Shown here piece by piece: positions 39,439 to 48,987 of a stretch of 64,000 nt of DNA. The stretch's first letter is position 1. Every line of letters starts with the position of its first letter. Source of the DNA: a virus (Duplodnaviria; Caudoviricetes); the IMG/VR virus record IMGVR_UViG_3300012667_001143, positions 1 to 64,000 of that record; one strand, 5' to 3'. Below the pieces are notes generated by a model, which was given only the letters and a program-made list of their open reading frames with translations, made no database searches and had not been told where the DNA came from. The translations under genes and the position numbers were made by a program.

Positions 39439-39615
39439 TTATTGGTTTTTGTAAAACTCTTCCGCTGCTTCTAAACTATCGAACCAATACCATTCATCTA
39501 TTGGGTATTCGTATACATCTTTATCCTGAATTACCAATACATAACCATTACCCTCTACGTAATTGGGGGCATGCAGTAGTTCACCGTTTTGTTGTTTATA
39601 AAATCCCTCTGTCAT
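39439..39615 (-). CDS. 58-aa protein absent from the ORF track (fibre-associated, paralog of the N-terminus of 42708..43091)
   Basis: MTEGFYKQQNGELLHAPNYVEGNGYVLVIQDKDVYEYPIDEWYWFDSLEAAEEFYKNQ; fills the gap exactly. Confidence 0.8.
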   Translation of the reverse strand: MTEGFYKQQNGELLHAPNYVEGNGYVLVIQDKDVYEYPIDEWYWFDSLEAAEEFYKNQ

Positions 39616-39619
39616 AAAA

Positions 39620-41995
39620 TTAGCCTGTTACTGCCCAGCCTTTTAATAGTGCTGTTCCTGTTCTTAATTGTCTAAATGATAATGAACTAGCAGTACCGCT
39701 TGTCATTGGTCTAGACACTGTAACACTTGTATTTGTAAGAATACTTTCAACTTGTGTTCTATAGCGCAATGTTCCACTTCCGTTTGTCGTTAGTGCTAGA
39801 GCTGGTCCTCCAACGGTAGCAGCTACTCGAAATGTATCTGTAGCGCTATTCACTACGTAGTATATTCTATTTGCTACTATACCAGTTGTAGTAGTAATTG
39901 TCGCAAATGAAACTTCGTCACCATTTTGTAAGCCATGCCCCCCTAGAGTTACTGTATCTCCAGTGTCTTGAAATGTTACTGATCTTACTGTTGTCAACGG
40001 TGAGCCAGTTCCTGTAACTTGCATACCAGCAATAATTCCAGTAGTGTCGGCCATTGTTATTGTTTTCCCGCCAACTGATGGAGTGCCTGTTCGTGTTACT
40101 GGTGTAGGAGCGCCCCAATTGTTTGTAATAGTCAGGGTTTGAGATGCCGCGCCAATTGTATCAAGATTGTCGAATACGCTTTCAAGCTCTTCTCTTGATA
40201 ATTTACAACCGCTATAAGATAATGTGTATTCGGCATTTTTTAACACACCCCTTGTTAAAGAAGGACAAGCTGTAAATATATTTGAAAATTTACTAGTCAA
40301 CGTGCCAGCGCCTGTTGTATTTGTAAAATTAACGGTAATTAAAGAAGCACAAAATCTAAACATGCTAGTCATATTTGTCACAGATGTTGTATTGAACAAT
40401 GGAACCGAGATTAATGAGATACAACCGTCAAACATAAAAGACATATCTGTTACTGCATCTGTGACAAATGTTGTTGGTGTTGTCGGAAGCGAAATCAAAG
40501 ATGTACAATTGCTAAACATGGCGGACATATTTATCACAGAAGCCGTGTTAAATAACGGAACTGAGGTTAATACGGAGCAAGTGTTAAACGTAGCATTCAT
40601 ATTTGTCACAGATGCAGTGTTAAAATGTGGAACTGATGTTAATGCGGTACAATTGCTAAACATAGTAGACATATTTTGCACAGATGTGGTATTGAACAAT
40701 GGCACTGATGATAAAGACCTGCAATTATTAAACATGCTAGACATATTTGTCACAGATGCAGTGTTAAAATGTGGAACTGAGGTTAATGCGGAACAGTTAT
40801 TAAATATGCCATTCATATTTGTCACAGATGCGGTATTGAACAATGGCACTGATGTTAATGCGGTACAACCGTTAAACATACTAGACATATCTGTCACAGA
40901 TCCCGTGTTAAATAACGGAACTGAGGTTAAAGATAAGCAAGCGGTTAACATACTAGACATACTTGTCACGGATTTTGTGTCGAACAATGGTACCGAGCTT
41001 AAAGATAAGCAAGAGTTAAACATTTGAATCATACTTGTCACAGACTTAGTATTAAATAGTGGTACTAATGTTAAAGATCTACAAGCGTTAAACATAAAAG
41101 ACATATTTATCACAGAAGCCGTGTTAAATAACGGAACTGATGTTAATGAGGAGCAAGCGCTAAACATAGCAGTCATATTTGTCACAGATGCAGTGTTAAA
41201 ATGTGGAACTGATTTTAATGCGGTACAACTGCTAAACATACTAGTCATATTTTGCACAGATGCGGTATTGAACAATGGCACTGACTGTAAAGATGTACAA
41301 CTATTAAACATGCTTTCCATGCTCGTTACAGTAGATGGGATATTTAATGAAATATTTTCGAGAGATCTTAAGTTTGCAAATAGACCAGCGGCACTAGCCA
41401 TATTTCCTAAATTTAAACCTACAAAATTAATTAAATTTTTGCAAAAAACAGCAGATTCTGTAGTATTTCCTAAAAATATACTAGTACTTGATTGAAGATT
41501 CGGGCAAGATAATATTATCTCAAGTATTGGAGATACATTAGGAAATGTAGATCCAGTTAAAGCATACTTTTGATTAAAGTCAATCGATATTATATTATTA
41601 CCTACTTGTGGAGTAATAACAACAATTGCCATTTTATAACCATCTGATGTTTCGTCTTGGCTATCAAAATATGCGTTTGTAAAAGAATATTCATGTTGAG
41701 CTTTTTGAAGACTTGCAAAGTTTTCAGGTGCGCTACCATCACCCCAATCGACAGTGTAACTACCGCTGACATTGAAAGCTAAGAAATTTGAGCCTTGTGG
41801 GAAAATAGGCATTAATAATGCTATTTTCTGTTCAGATGGTGTTATGGTTGGCATTGTAAGCCAATCAGCAGGACGTGTCCAAGCTGACTTATTAATTGGC
41901 TGTTTAATTCTCAATCGATCAAACCTATCTTTCTTAAAGAAAGACGATTTTTGTGTCACCAATGGACCTACTTTGTTTCCATATCTAGCGCTCAT
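39620..41995 (-). CDS. BspA/DUF285-type LRR-repeat virion surface protein A
   Basis: PKD-like YTVDWGDG, about 14 x 24-aa SVTNMS.MF..C.SL.SVPLFNT repeats, beta-rich C-terminal insert, KGW terminus. Confidence 0.8.
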   Translation of the reverse strand: MSARYGNKVGPLVTQKSSFFKKDRFDRLRIKQPINKSAWTRPADWLTMPTITPSEQKIALLMPIFPQGSNFLAFNVSGSYTVDWGDGSAPENFASLQKAQHEYSFTNAYFDSQDETSDGYKMAIVVITPQVGNNIISIDFNQKYALTGSTFPNVSPILEIILSCPNLQSSTSIFLGNTTESAVFCKNLINFVGLNLGNMASAAGLFANLRSLENISLNIPSTVTSMESMFNSCTSLQSVPLFNTASVQNMTSMFSSCTALKSVPHFNTASVTNMTAMFSACSSLTSVPLFNTASVINMSFMFNACRSLTLVPLFNTKSVTSMIQMFNSCLSLSSVPLFDTKSVTSMSSMLTACLSLTSVPLFNTGSVTDMSSMFNGCTALTSVPLFNTASVTNMNGIFNNCSALTSVPHFNTASVTNMSSMFNNCRSLSSVPLFNTTSVQNMSTMFSNCTALTSVPHFNTASVTNMNATFNTCSVLTSVPLFNTASVINMSAMFSNCTSLISLPTTPTTFVTDAVTDMSFMFDGCISLISVPLFNTTSVTNMTSMFRFCASLITVNFTNTTGAGTLTSKFSNIFTACPSLTRGVLKNAEYTLSYSGCKLSREELESVFDNLDTIGAASQTLTITNNWGAPTPVTRTGTPSVGGKTITMADTTGIIAGMQVTGTGSPLTTVRSVTFQDTGDTVTLGGHGLQNGDEVSFATITTTTGIVANRIYYVVNSATDTFRVAATVGGPALALTTNGSGTLRYRTQVESILTNTSVTVSRPMTSGTASSLSFRQLRTGTALLKGWAVTG
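40330..41333 (-). repeat. 72-bp coding tandem repeat array (about 14 units)
   Basis: Encodes the 24-aa LRR units; boundaries approximate. Confidence 0.85.
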
Positions 41996-41999
41996 AATA

Positions 42000-42365
42000 T
42001 TAACTGATTCTATTTACATAACCGAAGATATTGACTCCGCTTGGAACGGAAACATTGCCATAAATAGGAAATTCGGAAGATCCATCCCCTTTGGCTATTA
42101 AACCTGGGCAAATCAAAACGTTTCCAGCATATGCTTCTATAACGCCTTCAAATAATATATCTGTTGTAAAATTTGTTCCTCCATATAAAATGTTCAACAT
42201 TACATCTGAAGTTGTTGGGTTTGAAGCATATAACCAAACTTCGTCAATTATACCACTGTTAGTTTCAGTGCTATGAATTAGTGTGGTGTTTGTGCCAGTT
42301 GCTGTTATAGTTATTGATTTACCGTTGTTACTTTGTGATAAGAGTTGTTTTGTATAAGTTGCCAT
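42000..42365 (-). CDS. Conserved small virion protein
   Basis: TYTKQLLSQS.NGK..DEVWLYASN..VNIFGYVNRI. Confidence 0.6.
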   Translation of the reverse strand: MATYTKQLLSQSNNGKSITITATGTNTTLIHSTETNSGIIDEVWLYASNPTTSDVMLNILYGGTNFTTDILFEGVIEAYAGNVLICPGLIAKGDGSSEFPIYGNVSVPSGVNIFGYVNRIS

Positions 42366-42380
42366 AATATTATTATTTTA

Positions 42381-42704
42381 TTATATAAACATCGAAATTC
42401 CAATTATTGAACTAACATTATCAGCTATGTAGTATCTTTCGTCAGCTAATTGGAGTGTGAGAATGCTATCTGATGTATTTACTGTTTGATTTGGTAATCT
42501 ATTAGCAGTACCATTACCTACAATATTGTCGCTAAATGTTTTTACACCAGCAATCGATTGATCGCCTGTATTATAAACTAAGTTATTAGCAGTTACTGTT
42601 CCACTAGCGCTAATATTACCAGAAACAGTTAAACGTTCATTTGGAGTTGCCGTACCAATGCCGACATTTCCAGCATTTAAAGATGGTATAGGTTTATGAG
42701 ACAT
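42381..42704 (-). CDS. Short tail-fibre-like fragment
   Basis: GNVGIGTATPNERLTVSGNISASG and GDQSIAGVKTF fibre motifs. Confidence 0.65.
   Translation of the reverse strand: MSHKPIPSLNAGNVGIGTATPNERLTVSGNISASGTVTANNLVYNTGDQSIAGVKTFSDNIVGNGTANRLPNQTVNTSDSILTLQLADERYYIADNVSSIIGISMFI
42601..42675. repeat. 75-bp imperfect direct repeat, copy 1 (copy 2 at 45513-45587)
   Basis: CCACTAGCGCTAATATTACCAGAAAC..GTTAAACGTTCATT..GTACCAATGCCGACATTTCCAGCA in both places. Confidence 0.9.
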
Positions 42705-42707
42705 GTT

Positions 42708-43091
42708 TTATAAATTTTTTGCTTGGTTGAAGATCTCGTTGACATCATCTTCTGTTTTATTCAGTGCATCAGCTAATACATAAATCAACGGATTACTCTT
42801 AGATATACTCGTAGTGTATTCCCATTCAATAAGAGCAGATTCGTTGTCTTTCAACATATCTGTTATTACACTTGGATTTATACCATTATTTAATAAACTC
42901 AATCTAAATTGACGAGGAGTTACATCATCAGTTGAGTTGCTGAAATAAGCATATGCTGCTTCAGGAGTATCAAACCATTTCCAACCATCGTGTGATTGAT
43001 CGATTGTAGTTTCATCCAGTGTGAAATCAGGACCATAAATAGTTTCACCCACTGATACGGAATTGTCTTGTTGTTTTTTATAGTAACTCAT
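42708..43091 (-). CDS. Tail fibre assembly/chaperone-like protein
   Basis: N-terminal DGWKWFD..AA module plus VTPRQFRLSL..IEWEY..F.QA.NL domain typical of fibre-adjacent proteins. Confidence 0.6.
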   Translation of the reverse strand: MSYYKKQQDNSVSVGETIYGPDFTLDETTIDQSHDGWKWFDTPEAAYAYFSNSTDDVTPRQFRLSLLNNGINPSVITDMLKDNESALIEWEYTTSISKSNPLIYVLADALNKTEDDVNEIFNQAKNL

Positions 43092-43095
43092 ATAT

Positions 43096-44703
43096 TTATC
43101 CAATTATTGTCCATCCTTTTGATGTGGCTATTAGTCGATCAGTGGCAGTTAAGTTTGTTACACCGATGTTGCCAGTTATTGTGATTGTAGCACCAGATGC
43201 TGCTGTTCCTAGATTATTAAATATTTTTACAATTTCAGGTGTTCCTAGATTACAGTTGATATAAGATATCGTCTGAGTAGTACCAGATAAAGCTGCATCT
43301 GCTAGTGATCGACATGTGTTAAATATACTTGCATTATCAGCAGATGTTACAACAGCACTTACATTTAACGAAGGAACACTTTGTAATACGGTACACCCGT
43401 TGAACATAGAAGTCATAATTATAACATTTTGTGTATTGAACAATGGAACACTTTGTAGAGAATAGCAGCTTTGAAACATAGAAGTCATAATTGTGACATT
43501 TTGTGTATTAAACAGTGGTACGCTTTGTAGAGAAAAGCAGTTTAGAAACATAGCTTGCATATTGGTAACACTTTGTGTATTAAACAGTGGTACGCTTTGT
43601 AATGCAAGACAAGCGTTGAACATAGAACTCATGTTCGTAACACTTTGTGTATTAAACAGTGGTACGCTTTGTAATGAACGGCAACCGTCAAATGTTTGAC
43701 TCATGTTCGTAACACTTTGTGTATTAAACAGTGGTACGCTTTGTAGAGAATAGCAGTTAACAAACATTTGACTCATACTAGTAACACTCTGTGTATTGAA
43801 CAGAGGTACGCTTTGTAGAGGATAGCAGTTAACAAACATTTGACTCATACTAGTAACATTCTGTGTATTGAACAGAGGTACGCTTTGTAGAGGATAGCAG
43901 TTATTAAACATACCACTCATATTAGTAACATTCTGTGTATTAAAAAGTGGAATGCTTTGTAGAGAATAGCAGTTTTGAAACATATAACTCATATTAGTAA
44001 CACTCTGTGTATTAAAAAGTGGAATGCTTTGTAGAGAATAGCAGTTATTAAACATACCACTCATATTAGTAACATTCTGTGTATTAAAAAGTGGAATGCT
44101 TTGTAGAGAATTGCAGTTTTGAAACATATAACTCATATTAGTAACATTTCCAACACTCTTAATCTCACATCGTTCCATAAGAGAAGGTGATATAATAGTA
44201 TCACCGAATCTTAAAGATGTACAAGATGGTACGCTCATAACTATATCCAGTATTTTTGGTGTATAGTTTTGTGTAAATCCGCTATGTCTAACATTAAAAA
44301 TCACACTTGTTAAATTACTACCAGATTGTGGTGTAATTGTAATAATAACTTGTCTACAGATTTCGTTATTAATAACTGTTTCTGTGGATGGATCACATTC
44401 AGTAAATGTAAAATTACGTTCAGCTCTCACATTACTAGCATAGTTAGTAACAGTTCCTTGGCCCCAATCAACTGTATAGTTACCTTGCATTGTGAAGGCA
44501 ACTGGATTGGATTCGTAATTACCAACAGCAAACAATACAACTATTTTTTGCTCGGTTGATGTTACCGCTGGCATTGGTAGCCAATTTGAATCTCTCACCC
44601 ACCCTTGTGAGTATACATTCTCAGTAGAACTACGACGAACACCATTTAGTATGCTTGCTATAGTTCCAATGTTTTGTGTTCCTATTTTTAATTGAGTTGC
44701 CAT
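43096..44703 (-). CDS. BspA/DUF285-type LRR-repeat virion surface protein B
   Basis: Paralog of 39620..41995; 11 x 24-aa repeats; KGW terminus. Confidence 0.8.
   Translation of the reverse strand: MATQLKIGTQNIGTIASILNGVRRSSTENVYSQGWVRDSNWLPMPAVTSTEQKIVVLFAVGNYESNPVAFTMQGNYTVDWGQGTVTNYASNVRAERNFTFTECDPSTETVINNEICRQVIITITPQSGSNLTSVIFNVRHSGFTQNYTPKILDIVMSVPSCTSLRFGDTIISPSLMERCEIKSVGNVTNMSYMFQNCNSLQSIPLFNTQNVTNMSGMFNNCYSLQSIPLFNTQSVTNMSYMFQNCYSLQSIPLFNTQNVTNMSGMFNNCYPLQSVPLFNTQNVTSMSQMFVNCYPLQSVPLFNTQSVTSMSQMFVNCYSLQSVPLFNTQSVTNMSQTFDGCRSLQSVPLFNTQSVTNMSSMFNACLALQSVPLFNTQSVTNMQAMFLNCFSLQSVPLFNTQNVTIMTSMFQSCYSLQSVPLFNTQNVIIMTSMFNGCTVLQSVPSLNVSAVVTSADNASIFNTCRSLADAALSGTTQTISYINCNLGTPEIVKIFNNLGTAASGATITITGNIGVTNLTATDRLIATSKGWTIIG
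43357..44148 (-). repeat. 72-bp coding tandem repeat array (11 units)
   Basis: Near-identical units, e.g. period 72 between 43571 and 43643. Confidence 0.9.
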
Positions 44704-44704
44704 A

Positions 44705-47083
44705 TTATAGTATTATCCAGCCTACGCCGTCTGATTGAATCGTAAAACTTTCGTATTGTGTGTTTGAAGTCAATGTTGAAATACCGTCTATATTTTCACC
44801 AGCAGCAGCAGATACCGTAACGGTTCCAGTTGATACATTTTTAATGTTGTATAATCTCCCACCAGCTCCTATTGCTGTTGGAAGTGATAATGAAGCAGTT
44901 GTCGTAATTTTAAGTGTATAATCTTGCTCGGTTATCGTGTAATCTCCATTAATTGCTTTTATGGGGAATGATACTGGACCATATTGATCAGCATCTGTGA
45001 TTATGTAAAAAGTCGATGCATCAGGCGTTAAAGAGTCATATTCAGCTTGAGTTACTTGAGCTATTTCAGATATATCGTCTGATACAATTACGGGTTTGGA
45101 ATTTGAATAAATATCAGCGGCTGAAAGATTTCCACTAGCGCTGATATTACCTGATGCTGTTATATTCGTTAGAGAGATAGATCCACTTGTATCTCCCAAC
45201 ACACCATTTCCAATGGCTAGAACTCCTGCACTCAATCGGGTAATCCGTGTATCTATAGTGCCTGCATATACACTATCAGTGAAGGCTAACCCGCCACCAG
45301 AACCTACTCTAAACCCTAATGCAGGACCACCTACAGTTGTAGAATTGTTCCAACTCCACTGCCCTGCTAAATTAGCGTTATTGTTGTTGTAAAATTGATG
45401 ATTTCTTATGTTTATCGTTCCAGATGCAGTGATTCCTAAATCTCCCAATGAATTGTTTAAACTAGGAGCTTGCACGCCACTAATAGCGTTTAGATTGGTA
45501 GTATTAATATCTCCACTAGCGCTAATATTACCAGAAACTGTTAAACGTTCATTAGGTGTAGATGTACCAATGCCGACATTTCCAGCAACGATCAATCCAT
45601 TTGTTGGAGCTGCTATGTTTGAGTAAGGTGTTCCAATCGATGTATTTCCGTGAACTGTTAATTTTGAAGCGGGATTTCCTATAACTGTGCCTACACCGAT
45701 GTTTTGAGTTGGTTGAATTAAAAGATTTCCAGCTGCCCCTGTTCCAATATACAACGTGTTAAATGGATTCATGTGAGCAACACTTCTAGGTACTCCATTG
45801 TTATCTCTGACAGATATTGATCTATTATTATCTACAACAATTCCAGATGATGAACTAATGCTGCCAGTAGCACTGATGCTACCCTGAACTATTAAATTTC
45901 CATTTATAGTTCCTCCAGTTGTATATAATATATTTTCTATTCCAGTGATGAATCCACTTGGATTTGAACTTGAATAAAACTGACCACTTTCACTAGCTAA
46001 AACATAGCTTCCAGTTGCGCTGTTTAGCGTAGAAATTTGTGCTTGCAAACCACCACTGATACCAGTTACATCTTCAAAAGAAGCTATCGTATCTAAAACA
46101 CTCAAATCGCTTGCTCTAGTTCCAATGCCAAATTTAAATTTATCAGAATGATCAAAGCCAATAATCGCGCCAGAATCATTTATTCCAGTTAATCCAGATC
46201 CAGTGACAAAGAAAATACCACCATCAACTGCTCCACCAGTTAAGTTGAGCATCAAGTAGTTACTTGCGACGTTTGTGTTTGTTGTGTTTACTATCGTTTC
46301 AACACCAGTAACATACAAACTATTGATATATACTTTATCGTGGAAAGTTTTATCTCCAAGGATTGTTTCTGCGCCAGTTGTATTTACATATCTGGATTCA
46401 GATTCTGTTTTCGTATAGTAGTTGCCAGAGAATGATAAATCAACTCCAGTAATATAACCTGAAGGATTAGTTATAGGGTAAAAAGAACCAGTTTGATTAT
46501 TTAAAACAGTGATTTGATCTTGAAGATTGCCGCTCACTCCAGTCACGTAACCAGTTGGAGTATATCCACTTGGATTACTAGATGAATAAAACTGTCCTGT
46601 TTGGCTTTGCGTAATAAAGTTTCCAGTCTGAGACTTTAAAACATAATTGCCTGTTTGATTATTTAAATCTAATATTTGGTTCTGTAAAGAACCACTAATG
46701 CCAGTTGTGTAAGAAAGCGTGGCATAGTTTGATAAATCAACTCCAGTGATGAATCCACTAGGATTCGACGCTGCGTAAAACGCACCCGTTTCGTCTTTAG
46801 CGACAAAAACACCAGTTTCATTTGGTCTAACAACTTGACCAGTAACCAAGTTCGCATATTCGTCAGAGCTTAAATGATAAAATTGTCCAGAAACTCCTCC
46901 TTGTAAGCCTCCCAAAGAATTGTGAGACAATTCATCGCTGCCTCCACTGATATGAGTAACTGAGTGGTTTATGACTCCTTCATTTAATGATATAGGATTT
47001 ATATAAACGTTTTGATCCTGCTCTTCGACATTTAAATCAAAAGCAGGATCTGGCGTGATGTTTATTGTAATTTGATCACTCAT
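44705..47083 (-). CDS. Long tail fibre protein
   Basis: Repeats (T/S)G.FY...NPSG(F/Y)ITG and TG(I/V)SG.LQ.QI..LN; GNVGIGT motifs; C-terminal DYT..LP.A..G..YNIKN domain. Confidence 0.75.
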   Translation of the reverse strand: MSDQITINITPDPAFDLNVEEQDQNVYINPISLNEGVINHSVTHISGGSDELSHNSLGGLQGGVSGQFYHLSSDEYANLVTGQVVRPNETGVFVAKDETGAFYAASNPSGFITGVDLSNYATLSYTTGISGSLQNQILDLNNQTGNYVLKSQTGNFITQSQTGQFYSSSNPSGYTPTGYVTGVSGNLQDQITVLNNQTGSFYPITNPSGYITGVDLSFSGNYYTKTESESRYVNTTGAETILGDKTFHDKVYINSLYVTGVETIVNTTNTNVASNYLMLNLTGGAVDGGIFFVTGSGLTGINDSGAIIGFDHSDKFKFGIGTRASDLSVLDTIASFEDVTGISGGLQAQISTLNSATGSYVLASESGQFYSSSNPSGFITGIENILYTTGGTINGNLIVQGSISATGSISSSSGIVVDNNRSISVRDNNGVPRSVAHMNPFNTLYIGTGAAGNLLIQPTQNIGVGTVIGNPASKLTVHGNTSIGTPYSNIAAPTNGLIVAGNVGIGTSTPNERLTVSGNISASGDINTTNLNAISGVQAPSLNNSLGDLGITASGTINIRNHQFYNNNNANLAGQWSWNNSTTVGGPALGFRVGSGGGLAFTDSVYAGTIDTRITRLSAGVLAIGNGVLGDTSGSISLTNITASGNISASGNLSAADIYSNSKPVIVSDDISEIAQVTQAEYDSLTPDASTFYIITDADQYGPVSFPIKAINGDYTITEQDYTLKITTTASLSLPTAIGAGGRLYNIKNVSTGTVTVSAAAGENIDGISTLTSNTQYESFTIQSDGVGWIIL

Positions 47084-47415
47084 AGATTAGTAACATTTTT
47101 GATTAAATAAACAGGTCCGTACATCAACTTGTCTGGGCATTCATTTTCTTTAACGGCAAAAAGATCCCAACTGCAAGGAGCAAGATCTATTGCGGTTCCT
47201 TGATTACCACTTAAACTGATTTTCGCTGTGCCGCTTGGAATGCTTAATACTTCAGTTTTAAAAGTTGCTTGGAGAGCGTCGTCAAAATCTCTTCTGATTT
47301 GACCTGTCAATGTAACACCACTTAAATTATAAGTAGATCCATTTCTTGTAATGTTCAATGTCAAATTAAAACACTCTCCTTGTTCAATAGTTATACCTGT
47401 ATAAGCAGCACTCAT
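47080..47415 (-). CDS. Fibre-attachment/BppU-like structural protein
   Basis: ITIEQG..F..T..YNLSG..GQIR..G.AKISL pattern; heads the fibre operon. Confidence 0.6.
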   Translation of the reverse strand: MSAAYTGITIEQGECFNLTLNITRNGSTYNLSGVTLTGQIRRDFDDALQATFKTEVLSIPSGTAKISLSGNQGTAIDLAPCSWDLFAVKENECPDKLMYGPVYLIKNVTNL

Positions 47416-47422
47416 CTCTTTT

Positions 47423-47430
47423 TATTACAC
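47423..47430 (-). promoter_or_regulatory. GTGTAATA putative phage promoter motif
   Basis: 7 nt upstream of ATG 47415. Confidence 0.55.
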
Positions 47431-47832
47431 CCAATCAATCTCTTTGGGTAAATATTTACATGTCAACTCCTCGCCAATTGCTATGTTTTTTATAGCATGA
47501 AAAGTGTCTGTTTGTAAATCGTGATATAAATTTGGAGCATCGGAATGATTCACATAATAAGCGGGTCCGACTTTATTAATTGAGCAGTCGATCCAAAAAC
47601 CATAATCATCATGATTGCAAACACTTTTAATGTGCTTGTATATATTAGCTTCAATTCCCTTCAGACTTTCCCAAGGAATGAATTCGTTTTTTTCTGGTCG
47701 AAAAACTATCTCATCTTTTTCAATAGGCGTTAAAGTAAAAACTCCAACTCCAGCATTTTCTATTTTGCTTGGAGCTAATTTTACAACAATGTCGTATAGT
47801 ATTTCTTTTTCAATCTTCTGTTTTGATGTCAT
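47425..47832 (-). CDS. SET-domain protein-lysine methyltransferase
   Basis: SKI.NAGVGVF, YVNHS..PN, AIKNIAIGEELTCKY. Confidence 0.9.
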   Translation of the reverse strand: MTSKQKIEKEILYDIVVKLAPSKIENAGVGVFTLTPIEKDEIVFRPEKNEFIPWESLKGIEANIYKHIKSVCNHDDYGFWIDCSINKVGPAYYVNHSDAPNLYHDLQTDTFHAIKNIAIGEELTCKYLPKEIDWV

Positions 47833-48448
47833 AACTAAATTCGGTCATGTAACTATAATCTGTATACTGAATACTTTTATTTTCTACGCTATAGACGTTG
47901 GTGTCTATTTGGTATCCTGGGTTTTTTGATATAGGCTCATCAACCCAAGCATCATCGTGCCATATGATTCTATTGTTCGGGTATGCATAGAAATTACCAT
48001 TGTCCATTTTAAACAAGTGAGCGCATTTATGTTCGGGGGTTTCTGAGAAATTGGTATCTAAGATAGATTTGTTTTCCCATCCCCAATCTAAAGTAAACAT
48101 GTATTCGCCCCATTCTTTTTGATTGTCTCTATCAATCAACTGAGCTTTTAGTCCTGCCATTCTCGTTCTAATTTGAACATCAACATATGGACTGAAACAA
48201 TTCCAATACATGGCTTTTTCCAGTGGAACTGGATCACAAGGCTTCCAGCAAAAAGCTGTAATTGGTCGCCTAGTCCAATTGACACCATTCGTCAAAAATG
48301 CTTCAAATAAAGGAACTCTTTTCTCTATAGATGCGACACTATGAACATCGCAAGATGTATATTCTCCATGCCCCTTCTTATGATTATATAAAAATTCATT
48401 GCGAATGAAACATGTTATAGTTGGTATATTATGATTTAAATATGGCAC
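47810..48448 (-). CDS. Conserved phage hypothetical protein (GTG start)
   Basis: YLNHNIP..R.EFLY..GHGE..YMFTLDW..EHKCAH..GNFYAYPNNR, a family common in aquatic phages. Confidence 0.7.
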   Translation of the reverse strand: MPYLNHNIPTITCFIRNEFLYNHKKGHGEYTSCDVHSVASIEKRVPLFEAFLTNGVNWTRRPITAFCWKPCDPVPLEKAMYWNCFSPYVDVQIRTRMAGLKAQLIDRDNQKEWGEYMFTLDWGWENKSILDTNFSETPEHKCAHLFKMDNGNFYAYPNNRIIWHDDAWVDEPISKNPGYQIDTNVYSVENKSIQYTDYSYMTEFSYDIKTED

Positions 48449-48501
48449 AATAAATTTTACCTAAAAAATAGAATTTAACCAGTGATTTATTAACATACTT
48501 C

Positions 48502-48987
48502 ATGATTCAGCTATATAAGCCTAATTCAAAAAATCTTGGTTGCGCATTCTCTTTTAATCTTGGAACAACTGGTCGTGATAAAGAGCCATGTGTTTATATG
48601 AATGCCATTATGCAGCATTCTTGGAACGATAAAACAAAGAACGGCTCGTTTTCAGAAAACGTAAAAAATCCAGATAAAACAATTATCGTAAAGCTCAATG
48701 AGTTTGAGCTTGGTGGATTTATTAATGCAATTGAAAACTATGGAGAATATAACGCATTTCATAGTTTCGAAGAAAATAAAACATCAATCCAATTCAAGCC
48801 ATATACCAAGGCAAACGGTGCGAAAGCATTCTCACTGACTGTTACAAAAAACTCAGCTCTTAAATTCGGCATTGGATTGGAGATTGGAGAAGCTTATGCG
48901 ATAAGAGAGTTCTTCAAAATGGTTCTCGCAAAGACTTTTCAATTCCGCATTTCGAATGCTTTCAACAGTGGCAAGTCAAATGAATAA
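48502..48987 (+). CDS. Hypothetical protein, possibly Whirly/PC4-like ssDNA-binding
   Basis: YKP..AFSF..VKLNEFELG pattern; the fold call is tentative. Confidence 0.45.
   Translation: MIQLYKPNSKNLGCAFSFNLGTTGRDKEPCVYMNAIMQHSWNDKTKNGSFSENVKNPDKTIIVKLNEFELGGFINAIENYGEYNAFHSFEENKTSIQFKPYTKANGAKAFSLTVTKNSALKFGIGLEIGEAYAIREFFKMVLAKTFQFRISNAFNSGKSNE

Noticed and set aside
40224-41495. Long + strand ORFs (267 aa and 124 aa) over LRR gene A
   Set aside because: Antisense shadows of the 72-bp repeat array with no independent coding signal.
43357-44148. Regularly spaced repeats resembling a CRISPR array
   Set aside because: The period is exactly 24 codons inside an ORF, the 'spacers' are homologous to each other, and there is no cas operon.
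39620-47083. Diversity-generating retroelement acting on fibres
   Set aside because: No reverse transcriptase in the window. The 75-bp repeat pair has few mismatches, they are not clearly adenine-specific, and neither copy is a C-terminal VR.
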